Below are positions 1-7,293 of a stretch of DNA of 20,674 bases, in pieces; positions within the stretch are counted from its first letter, which is position 1, and each line of letters opens with the position of its first letter. Source of the stretch: Gemmatimonadota bacterium (GTDB lineage Bacteria; Latescibacterota; UBA2968; UBA8231); NCBI GenBank assembly GCA_038128265.1, contig JAYPJE010000065.1, positions 1 to 20,674 of the forward strand, given 5' to 3'. A program made the position numbers and the translations under genes. The notes beneath the pieces are model-generated. The model ran no database searches. It saw only the letters and a list, made by a program, of their open reading frames with translations, and had not been told where the DNA came from.

Positions 1-330
1 GGCGGCGTGCTCTTTATGGGCAACTGCACGCCGCACTGCTCGACGCCGAACACGAGCGACGTCGTGCGCTGGAGCCTCGACCTGCGCTATCAAAACGCCG
101 GCGTGCCCAACAACGTCGGCGAAATGCCGGAGGACTTTACGCGCGAGCGGCCCGACCACGAGATCGCCTGCTATCCGCCGGAGGCCGACTTTGTCGTGCA
201 GAGCCCAAGCGCGCCCGAGCGTGAGGTGAGCGACCCCGCGCTCTTTGACCAGATACGTCAGCGCTACGAGCACACGCGGCCGCAGGGGCCACAGCGCGGC
301 TGGGGCGACTACGCCGAGCGCAGCGCGTAA
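1..330 (+). CDS. Phytanoyl-CoA dioxygenase (PhyH) family Fe(II)/2-oxoglutarate oxygenase, C-terminal part (5' truncated by window)
   Basis: Frame is open from base 1 (GGVLFMGNCTPHCSTPNTSDVVRWSLDLRYQ). This matches the PhyH C-terminal pattern G-x-x-l-f-x(4)-H-x-s-x-p-N-x(5)-R-x-s-x-d-x-R-y, carrying the distal Fe-ligand His and the 2OG-binding Arg. Stop TAA at 328-330. Confidence 0.75.
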   Translation, partial: GGVLFMGNCTPHCSTPNTSDVVRWSLDLRYQNAGVPNNVGEMPEDFTRERPDHEIACYPPEADFVVQSPSAPEREVSDPALFDQIRQRYEHTRPQGPQRGWGDYAERSA

Positions 331-340
331 GGTTCGAGGA

Positions 341-396
341 TACACGCAGAGAGGCCCCCGCTGACAGGTCGTTCAGCGGGGGCCTCTCTGCGCGTA
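341..396. terminator. Long inverted repeat between convergent genes; probable bidirectional terminator or REP-like element
   Basis: Perfect 20-bp stem CGCAGAGAGGCCCCCGCTGA (345-364) pairing with 373-392, 8-nt loop, extendable to 341-396 with one mismatch. It lies between the stops at 330 (+) and 411 (-). No U-tract immediately follows the stem. Confidence 0.65.
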
Positions 397-410
397 GGGT
401 AGAGCGTCTT

Positions 411-1115
411 TTAGCGGATAGCGAAGAGCACGTCGACGTACACGGTGAGATCGAGCTGCCCCGATTCGACCGGCACGGCGGAACCGGCCGCCTCGTCAAA
501 GGCGCCGCGCGCGTAGACGGGATAGGAATTCGACGATTCGCGGATATCGAGGGCCTTGCCCAACTTAACGCCGGCCGCCTCGGCTAGCGTTTGGGCGCGC
601 TGGCGCGCATCGGCTACGGCCAAGGCGCGCGCTTCGCTCAACAGAGATTCGCTGTCGGCCATCGTAAAGCGCAGGTCGTATACGGTATTGGCGCCGGCGT
701 CGAGGGCGGCCTGCAGCGCTGTGCCGAGTTTGGGCAGGCTGCGGAAAGTGGCGCGCACGCGGTTGTCGACCCAGTAGCCGACGATGTCGCGCGTTTCCTT
801 CTCGAAATCGTACTGCGGGCTGACGCTAAAATTGGCCGTTTGGATATCGGCGTCGGCGATGCCCTGCGCCTTGAGTGCGGCAATGACGGCGTCCATGCTT
901 CTGTTGTTGGCAGCCAGCGCCTCTTCAAGATCGGCGGCAAAGGTTTGCACGCCCAACTGTGCGAGAGCGATGTCGGGTGCGGCGCTAACGCTACCCTGTC
1001 CGGATACGTGAATGCCCTCGGAGTTTGCATCGGCAGAGATGATCGCTTTGCTACCACAGGCCATCAAGGCAGCGCTTAGCATAATCAATAAGGGAAGCAG
1101 TATACGCGGTGACAT
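411..1115 (-). CDS. SIMPL (DUF541, YggE/BP26-like) domain lipoprotein, 234 aa
   Basis: Motifs IHVSGQGSVSAAPDIA, IQTANFSVSPQYD, ALDAGANTV, ARALAVADARQRAQTLAEAAGVKLG and PVESGQLDLTVYVDVLF are typical of SIMPL. ATG at 1115 is preceded by GAGGA. Hydrophobic signal ends in lipobox LMA-C. Confidence 0.9.
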   Translation of the reverse strand: MSPRILLPLLIMLSAALMACGSKAIISADANSEGIHVSGQGSVSAAPDIALAQLGVQTFAADLEEALAANNRSMDAVIAALKAQGIADADIQTANFSVSPQYDFEKETRDIVGYWVDNRVRATFRSLPKLGTALQAALDAGANTVYDLRFTMADSESLLSEARALAVADARQRAQTLAEAAGVKLGKALDIRESSNSYPVYARGAFDEAAGSAVPVESGQLDLTVYVDVLFAIR

Positions 1116-1179
1116 AGTCCATTCCTCGAGGTGAAATTTACGTAGACAGAGCAGTGAGCCGGGCGTGATCACTTTTTAT

Positions 1180-1207
1180 TTGGACGCGAGTTGAGCGGAC
1201 CCGTTCC
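1180..1207 (-). promoter_or_regulatory. Putative ECF sigma factor promoter upstream of the SIMPL gene
   Basis: Minus strand reads GGAAC-N17-GTCCAA about 65 nt upstream of the ATG at 1115, resembling the sigmaE-like ECF consensus GGAAC...GTCnAA. Confidence 0.5.
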
Positions 1208-1248
1208 CCGCAGAGATTGTTGGCACTGCGCAGATATGGCGCATAGCG

Positions 1249-2688
1249 TTAGTAGCGGTCCTCGCTGGTGGTGAGCGGACACCAGCGCGCGGCAAATAGC
1301 GCGTCGAGCAGCGCCTCGCGCGCCGTCTCGTCGTCCATGCGGCTGAGCGCTAAGTGGGCGTAAAAGCGGTTGTAGCGATCTCCGTCGGCCAGCACGGCGA
1401 GCAGGGCGGGCACCGCGTCCGGCGTGCTGATGCCCTGCTGGGCTAGTTGCGCCAGCGCCAGCGCGCTTACGCGGCGCACGCGCCGATCCTCGTCACTCAG
1501 CGTGCCCACTATAGTGGGCAGCGCATCGCTCGCTGCCTGGCCCATCCGACCGAGCGCTTCGGCGGCGTTGCGCCGCACCCACCAGTGCGCGTCGCTCAGC
1601 AGGGCGATCAGATGGGGCACGGCGTCGGCCGCGGCGGGGCCCCACAGGCCGAGCACATCGCAGAGGGCAGCGCGCACCAGCCAGTGCGCGTCGTCCAGCG
1701 CCTCGACTAGCGCCTTGGTGCACGATGGGCCGATGGCCTCAATGGCCTGCGCAGCGCGCAGGGCCGTGGGATTGGTGCCGTGCGCGTTGTCCGGCGTCTT
1801 GTCCTCTATGCGTCCTTCGACGGCCAGCGCTTCGCGGCGCAGGCTCTCCAGCAGCGTGGGCAGCGCGTCCTGACCGCAGGCGCCCAGCGCGTAGGCTGCA
1901 TCTAAGCGCTCGCTTTCCGATCCGTTTTCTAACCGGTGCAGCTGTGCCTGCAGGTCGCCGCCTGCGTCTTTTGCTTCCGCGTGGCCGCCGCGCTGCCAGT
2001 TCCAGGCGTATACTTGGGTGGGACTGGCTTGTTCTAGCTGCCACTGGGCCTCTTCGTGCTGCCAAGATGGGCTGGGCGGCCACTGCATGCGAGCAAATTG
2101 GAATTTGAGCATATAGCGCTTGTTGGTGCTGGTGTTGGCGGTGGCGCGGTGCCAGGCATCAAAGTGCAGCAGGGTGACGGTCCCCGCATCGCCGCACAGG
2201 GCTAAGGCCTCTTCTGTTGCCTGCGCTGCGTCGGGGTGGGAGATGTGCTCCCAGTTGTGCACGCCGGGCAGAATGCCCGTCGGCCCCATATCTTCTGTTG
2301 TATCCTGCGGGTAGTACAGTGCCAAGATCCAGTGGTGACACGGATGGCGCGTGTTGTGGTCAAATACGTAGCAGTCCTTGTGCCAGGTCTGCCCCTTGCC
2401 GCCGGGTGGGTTGAGGTGGCAGTGGCGGTGGGGGTTCATAATGTAGCCCGGACCGAGCAGGCTGGTGAGCGCACCGGCAACGGCCGGATGGTCGAAGACT
2501 TGCTTGATCTGGGGCAGGCGCGGTAGAATGTTATTGCCGACATTCCCCTCTCTTTCAAACACTTCTTCGAGCGCATCGTAGATGAGCTGGTGCACGGGTT
2601 GGGCAAAGTCGGCCTTTACTTGCACGTAGCCATCGCGGATAAACTGCTGTATTTGGGCGTCGCTTAGCAGGGACTTGGGGTCGGTCAT
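1249..2688 (-). CDS. PhyH-family Fe/2OG dioxygenase fused to C-terminal HEAT (PBS-lyase-type) repeats, 479 aa
   Basis: N-terminal LSDAQIQQFIRDGYV, HxD motif (QTWHKD), GPTGILPGVH and AGTVTLLHFDAWHRATAN..KRYM. C-terminal repeats such as L.D.HWLVRAALCDVLG, LSDAHWWVRRNAAEALG and LSDEDRRVRRVSALALA. ATG at 2688 has SD GAGGA. Confidence 0.85.
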   Translation of the reverse strand: MTDPKSLLSDAQIQQFIRDGYVQVKADFAQPVHQLIYDALEEVFEREGNVGNNILPRLPQIKQVFDHPAVAGALTSLLGPGYIMNPHRHCHLNPPGGKGQTWHKDCYVFDHNTRHPCHHWILALYYPQDTTEDMGPTGILPGVHNWEHISHPDAAQATEEALALCGDAGTVTLLHFDAWHRATANTSTNKRYMLKFQFARMQWPPSPSWQHEEAQWQLEQASPTQVYAWNWQRGGHAEAKDAGGDLQAQLHRLENGSESERLDAAYALGACGQDALPTLLESLRREALAVEGRIEDKTPDNAHGTNPTALRAAQAIEAIGPSCTKALVEALDDAHWLVRAALCDVLGLWGPAAADAVPHLIALLSDAHWWVRRNAAEALGRMGQAASDALPTIVGTLSDEDRRVRRVSALALAQLAQQGISTPDAVPALLAVLADGDRYNRFYAHLALSRMDDETAREALLDALFAARWCPLTTSEDRY

Positions 2689-2765
2689 AGTATTTTCCTC
2701 GTCGCGCGTGATGCGGGCAAAGATAGACAGCGGAGAGAGGCGTTTCAAGGAATGAGAACAAATAT

Positions 2766-4175
2766 ATGGAAGAGCAGCCATTGAGCGCATCGGCGATGGA
2801 CCGCGGTCGCCAGTTGGGGTATGGTACAGCCGATCTGGGCATTGCGGCCGTCGAGTCGATCGTCCAGCTCTACCTGCTCAAATTCTACAGCGAGGTCGTC
2901 GGATTGCCCGCCACCTGGGTTGGAGTGGCACTGGCTATTGCCATGATTTGGGATGCCGTGTCCGATCCGCTGATGGGCGGTTTGTCCGACCGAACATCGC
3001 ACCGGCAGGGCCGTCGTCGTCCTTACTTTGTTCCGGGTGCGGCGCTGCTGGCGCTGACGTTTTATTTATTATTTAATCCCCACACAGCGAGCCAGCAAAC
3101 GGCGACCTTCTTCTATTTACTCGCCTCGTTTCTATTGCTCAATACCTCGATGACGCTGGTTGCCGTGCCGCACGCGGCGCTGGCCGGAGAACTCAGCAGT
3201 GATCGCCACGAGCGCAGCGCGCTCTTTGGCTTTAAGCGGCTCTTTGCCACGCTGGGTGCGCTGCTCGGACTCGTATTGCCGGCGCTCGTGCTGGCACTGT
3301 GGAACGAACCGGACAGTCCAGATGCCATGGCGCGCGCGCGCAGCGCGGCCAGCGGCCTGCTCGCCCCCGCAATCATTGGCACGGCTTGGCTGAGCTATCG
3401 CCTGACTCGCGGTTTAGACCGACCTGCGCAAATGGGTTTGCAGTGGCGCTGGCGGCTCTTTGTCGATCTGGTATTGGAGCAGCGCGAGGCGCTAAAGAAT
3501 CCGCTGTTTCGCCTGTTGGTGATCGCCTTTATCGTCGCCGCTGTTGGCCGCACGCTCAACGCGTCGATCGCGCTCTATTACTACGAGTACTTTTTGCTCT
3601 TGAGCGAACGCGAGGCCGTCGCGTGGATTCTGCTGCCCTTCTTTCTGAGCTTTATTGCATCCGTGCCGCTGTGGATTTTTCTGGGACGGCGCTGGGGCAA
3701 AAAGCGGGCCGCGCTGCTCGGCGTGCTGTCGCTGGGCGCGACTACGGCCGTTGTCTATCCGCTGATGCCCGCTGGGCAGGTCGGCCTGCCATTAGCCTAT
3801 TCGCTGGTCGGCGGCGTAATGGCAGGCGCCATTGTGCTGATGGACGCGCTCGTAGCCGACAGCATTGACTACGATCGCATTCGCGTGCGGCGCGCGCGCG
3901 AAGGGCTCTATTTTGGCGTGTGGAAAATGAGCACCAAAGCGGCGCGCGCCTTGGGCCTGCTGCTGGCCGGTATACTGCTCGATCTCATCGGTTTTCCCGA
4001 AGGAGGAGGCGCCGTAGATGCAGCCGTTAGCTATCGCCTGTCGCTGCTCTTTGGCCCGGTGGTTGGCGTGCTCTTTATGGGGGCCGGTGTGCTGCTGTGG
4101 TGCCTGCCGCTGGACAGTGCGCTGCACGATCGCATTCAGCGCATCGCCCAGCGGCGCTGGCAACGAAGTGATTAG
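2766..4175 (+). CDS. MFS transporter, glycoside-pentoside-hexuronide (GPH, MelB-like) cation symporter family, 469 aa
   Basis: GYGTADLG in TM1; WDAVSDPLMGGLSDRT..GRRRPY includes the two Asp residues equivalent to the MelB cation site; VPHAALAGELSSDRHERS; ADSIDYD...REGLYFG. About 12 hydrophobic segments. Confidence 0.88.
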   Translation: MEEQPLSASAMDRGRQLGYGTADLGIAAVESIVQLYLLKFYSEVVGLPATWVGVALAIAMIWDAVSDPLMGGLSDRTSHRQGRRRPYFVPGAALLALTFYLLFNPHTASQQTATFFYLLASFLLLNTSMTLVAVPHAALAGELSSDRHERSALFGFKRLFATLGALLGLVLPALVLALWNEPDSPDAMARARSAASGLLAPAIIGTAWLSYRLTRGLDRPAQMGLQWRWRLFVDLVLEQREALKNPLFRLLVIAFIVAAVGRTLNASIALYYYEYFLLLSEREAVAWILLPFFLSFIASVPLWIFLGRRWGKKRAALLGVLSLGATTAVVYPLMPAGQVGLPLAYSLVGGVMAGAIVLMDALVADSIDYDRIRVRRAREGLYFGVWKMSTKAARALGLLLAGILLDLIGFPEGGGAVDAAVSYRLSLLFGPVVGVLFMGAGVLLWCLPLDSALHDRIQRIAQRRWQRSD

Positions 4176-5305
4176 ATCTTGTTTTTCTCGATGTAGTCCC
4201 AGTTGATGTTCATACCCAGGCCGGGGCGCTGCGGCACGTGGACAAAGCCCTGCTCGTCCATCGGTTCACCGTGCTCGTGTAGGTAGGGTGCCGGTTCGTC
4301 AAAGTCGATAAAGGGGTGCAGCAGGCCGCGCTCGTAGAACTCGCCGTTGTGCATGGCGCAGAGCGCGTGCAGGTTGCCGGGGCCGCCGCCGTGGATCTCG
4401 CAGCGCATGCCGAACGACTCGCACAGGTGCACCGTCTTCATCAGCGGCGTCAGGCCGCCGACGTCGCCGACGCCGCAGCGGCTGATATCGCAGGCGCCCG
4501 CTTTAATCCACTCGGCGCGCACGTACATCTTGCCCTCGCAGGTTTCCGGACCGCAGATGGGCAGACTAGTCTGCTCGCACAGCCAGATATAGGACGACAT
4601 GCTGTGCTCGTCCATCGGTTCTTCCATCCAATAGTAGTCCAGCTTTTCCAGCCCTTTGGCCAGGTAGAGCGCCGCTTCGCGATCGTAGTAGTGGTAGGGA
4701 TCCAGCATGAGCGGCACGTCGGGACCAACGGCCTCGCGCACGGCGGCGCAGGCTTCGATATCGCGCTTGGGATTGGGCGCGCCTTCGTAGGGCGGCTGCC
4801 AGGTGTGCAGCTTAAAGGCGGGGTAGCCGCGCTTCATGCACCATTCGGCAAAGCGCGCGTAGTCTTCCGGCGTAGCCAATCCGCCCTCGAGGTCGTCGCC
4901 GCACATGGTCGAGGCATAGGCCGGTACCTTGTCGCGAAAACCGCCGAGCAGTTTGTAGACCGGCGTATTGAGCGCGCGACCGGCCAGGTCCCACAGCGCC
5001 AGATCGACGGACATGATCACCTTGTCCGACATGGTGCCCATATTGAGGCGCTGGCGGTGGTTGAGGTCGCGCCAGATCTTCTCGCGGTCAAAGGGGTCTT
5101 CGCCGACGATGGCTGGTTTGACGACGCTTTCGATTACCTGCGCGTTAGTGCCAAACCAATAGCCGCAGACGTCTTCGTCGGTGGCGATCTTGAGCAGCGT
5201 TTGCGCGACTTCGCGCTCGGGCCCTGGGTGCCCGTGTCCATCTGTGTCGCGCATCGTGCGCGAAATCGTCTTAAAGCGAATAACTTCTACGTCGGTAATT
5301 TTCAT
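4172..5305 (-). CDS. Mandelate racemase/muconate lactonizing enzyme (enolase superfamily) protein, probable acid-sugar dehydratase-like, 377 aa
   Basis: MKITDVEVI start, VGEDPFDREKIW, SVDLALWDLAGRALNTPVYKLLGG, VPAYAS. Metal ligands in MLDP, WMEEP and GPE. Also EIHG and VPQRPGLG. Strong SD (GAAGGAG). Confidence 0.92.
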   Translation of the reverse strand: MKITDVEVIRFKTISRTMRDTDGHGHPGPEREVAQTLLKIATDEDVCGYWFGTNAQVIESVVKPAIVGEDPFDREKIWRDLNHRQRLNMGTMSDKVIMSVDLALWDLAGRALNTPVYKLLGGFRDKVPAYASTMCGDDLEGGLATPEDYARFAEWCMKRGYPAFKLHTWQPPYEGAPNPKRDIEACAAVREAVGPDVPLMLDPYHYYDREAALYLAKGLEKLDYYWMEEPMDEHSMSSYIWLCEQTSLPICGPETCEGKMYVRAEWIKAGACDISRCGVGDVGGLTPLMKTVHLCESFGMRCEIHGGGPGNLHALCAMHNGEFYERGLLHPFIDFDEPAPYLHEHGEPMDEQGFVHVPQRPGLGMNINWDYIEKNKI

Positions 5306-5453
5306 AGATGTCCCCCCTCTCCTTCGATAAAGCGTTCACGCATGGAAGGTGCTCAATATATCGTATTGCGGCCAGCGATCCAAGTGCCAACGCGGCGTTG
5401 GCGTGCGCGCTGCGATTGATATATCCTATGCTCTCGCATGCATTGATCCGTTG

Positions 5454-5465
5454 CAGAACGTTCTG
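5454..5465. promoter_or_regulatory. Perfect 12-bp palindrome, candidate operator
   Basis: CAGAACGTTCTG, 18 nt upstream of the ROK start, in the divergent enolase/ROK intergenic region. Confidence 0.3.
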
Positions 5466-5483
5466 TTAGTGGGACAAAAGACC

Positions 5484-6443
5484 GTGAAAAAAGAGCCGCT
5501 CATTTTGGCCATCGACATAGGTGGCACGCAGTTCAGTCTGGCGTTGGCCCATAGCGATGGGCGCGTTGTGCGGCGCAAGGTGGGCGCTACCAATCGCGCC
5601 GAGGGTGCGTGCTGGATGGTTGAGCAAATTATAGACGCTGCCGGCCAGCTAGTCGAAGGGGCAGGTACGACCGTTGGCGCCTGCGGCATCGGCTTTGGCG
5701 GACCGGTCGACTTTGCCGCACAGCGCATTCTATCCTCTACGCACGTAGCGGGCTGGGAGGGGGTTGCGCTGCCAGCGCTGATAGAGGACGCCCTGGGCGT
5801 GCCCGCCGTGGTGGAAAACGACGCCAACGTCGGCGGATTGGGCGAATATGCTTTTGGTGCCGGACGCGGAGCGCGCGCGCTGGTCTACTATACGATTAGC
5901 ACGGGTATTGGCGGCGGCGTGATCGTCGATGGGGCGATCTACCGGGGCGGCGACGGCAACGCCGGCGAATTGGGGCACTGTCCCGTCGTGCTGGATGGCC
6001 CGCTGTGCGACTGCGGCAACCGCGGATGCCTCGAGGCGCTGTGCTCGGGCAAGTCGATCGCGCGCCGGGCGCACGAGGCGGCCGCGGCCCATCCGCGCCG
6101 CGCACGGATGCTGCGTCGCCTGGCAGCGGATGGCGAGATTACGGCGCGCGTTGTATTTGCCGCCGCACGGGCCGGCGACGGCTTAGCGCGGGAATTGGTC
6201 GAAGAGACGTGTACGTATCTGGGCATGAGCATGGCCAGCGCGATGAACGTGCTGGCGCCGGAAGTGATCGTTGTAGGAGGGGGTGTGAGCAAAGCGGGGC
6301 GCGGGCTCTTGGTGCCGCTGGTAGCACAGGCGCAGCGCTTCCTCATGCCCGTGCACCGGCCGCATCTGCATATTCGCCTGGCGCGCTTTCCAAGCCGCTC
6401 GGTGATTATGGGCGCTATCGCCCTCGGGCGCGGATTGCTCTAG
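5484..6443 (+). CDS. ROK family sugar kinase (glucokinase-like), about 319 aa
   Basis: AIDIGGT, GIGFGGPVD, ENDAN, STGIGGG, GELGH and Zn motif CDCGNRGCLE. No N-terminal HTH, so a kinase rather than a repressor. GTG start at 5484 was chosen by family length; exact start uncertain. Confidence 0.9.
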   Translation: MKKEPLILAIDIGGTQFSLALAHSDGRVVRRKVGATNRAEGACWMVEQIIDAAGQLVEGAGTTVGACGIGFGGPVDFAAQRILSSTHVAGWEGVALPALIEDALGVPAVVENDANVGGLGEYAFGAGRGARALVYYTISTGIGGGVIVDGAIYRGGDGNAGELGHCPVVLDGPLCDCGNRGCLEALCSGKSIARRAHEAAAAHPRRARMLRRLAADGEITARVVFAAARAGDGLARELVEETCTYLGMSMASAMNVLAPEVIVVGGGVSKAGRGLLVPLVAQAQRFLMPVHRPHLHIRLARFPSRSVIMGAIALGRGLL

Positions 6444-7282
6444 TCGCTCGCTGCGTCGGACAGACCCAGCAGCGCCCTTGCCTCGTCGCAGGTAGCCACC
6501 TCGCGCTGCAGCTCGCGCGCCAGGCGCACGGTGCGCTCGACAAACTGCGCGTTGCTGTCGGCCTTTACGCCGCGCGATAGGTAGACGTTGTCCTCAAAGC
6601 CGACGCGCACGTGCCCGCCCATCAGCAGGGCGTGGGTGGTGATGGGTAGCTGCAGCGGACCGGGTGCCAGCACCGACCACTGCGCACCGGCCGGCAGGCG
6701 ATCGCTCATATCGACCAGCGCGCGCAGCGTGCCTTCAATGCCCCAGCGAATCCCCAGACACAGCTGAATCCACGGTGGATCGGCGACGAGCCCGCGCTCA
6801 ATCAGGTCGTTGGCCTGGCGCAGATGGCCCAGGTCAAAGACTTCGATTTCGGGCTTAGTGCCGGCCTCGCGCATGCGCTGTGCGGCGCGATCGACCCACT
6901 CGGCCGCGTTGATAAAGACGCGGTCGCGAAAGTTGAGCGAGCCGACGTCGAGCGAGCTCAGGTCGGGATGGAGCGTTAGCGGATCGCGCCGGCGTTCGTC
7001 GGCAGCGGGTCCAGTGATATTAAATCCGCTGGTGGTCAGATTGATCAGCAGGTCGCTCTCAGCGCGGATGCGCTCGACGACTTCGGCAAAGAGCTCCACG
7101 CGCGAGTCGGGGGCGCCGGTCTGCGGATCGCGCACGTGAATATGGGCGATGGCTGCGCCGGCCCGCCAAGCACCGAGCGCCTGCTCGGCGATGTCTTCTG
7201 GCGTATAGGGCACATTAGGGTTTTGCTCTTTGGTCGGCGCCGAACCGCAGACGGCGGCGGAAATAATGAGTTTGTCGCTCAT
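6440..7282 (-). CDS. Beta-keto acid cleavage enzyme (BKACE, DUF849; 3-keto-5-aminohexanoate cleavage enzyme family), 280 aa
   Basis: KLIISAAVCG, NPNVPYTPEDIA, AGAAIAHIHVRD (Zn-binding HxH), SLDVGSLNF, KPEIEVFDLGHL and GGHVRVGFEDN. ATG at 7282 lies 11 nt after the upstream stop. Confidence 0.92.
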   Translation of the reverse strand: MSDKLIISAAVCGSAPTKEQNPNVPYTPEDIAEQALGAWRAGAAIAHIHVRDPQTGAPDSRVELFAEVVERIRAESDLLINLTTSGFNITGPAADERRRDPLTLHPDLSSLDVGSLNFRDRVFINAAEWVDRAAQRMREAGTKPEIEVFDLGHLRQANDLIERGLVADPPWIQLCLGIRWGIEGTLRALVDMSDRLPAGAQWSVLAPGPLQLPITTHALLMGGHVRVGFEDNVYLSRGVKADSNAQFVERTVRLARELQREVATCDEARALLGLSDAASD

Positions 7283-7293
7283 GCACACACCCG

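Noticed and set aside
2689..2790. Longer starts given by the ORF track for PhyH-HEAT (2790), also SIMPL (1172), ROK (5349) and the lipoprotein (16726)
   Set aside because: Downstream starts have better SD sequences, signal peptides or family-consistent N-termini, and mostly avoid overlaps.
4316..5419. 367-aa plus-strand ORF
   Set aside because: Antisense shadow of the enolase-family gene with no recognisable motifs; expected in high-GC DNA.
5484..6443. ROK protein as the transcriptional regulator of the locus
   Set aside because: No N-terminal HTH, and the ATP-binding DIGGT motif is intact, so it is a kinase.
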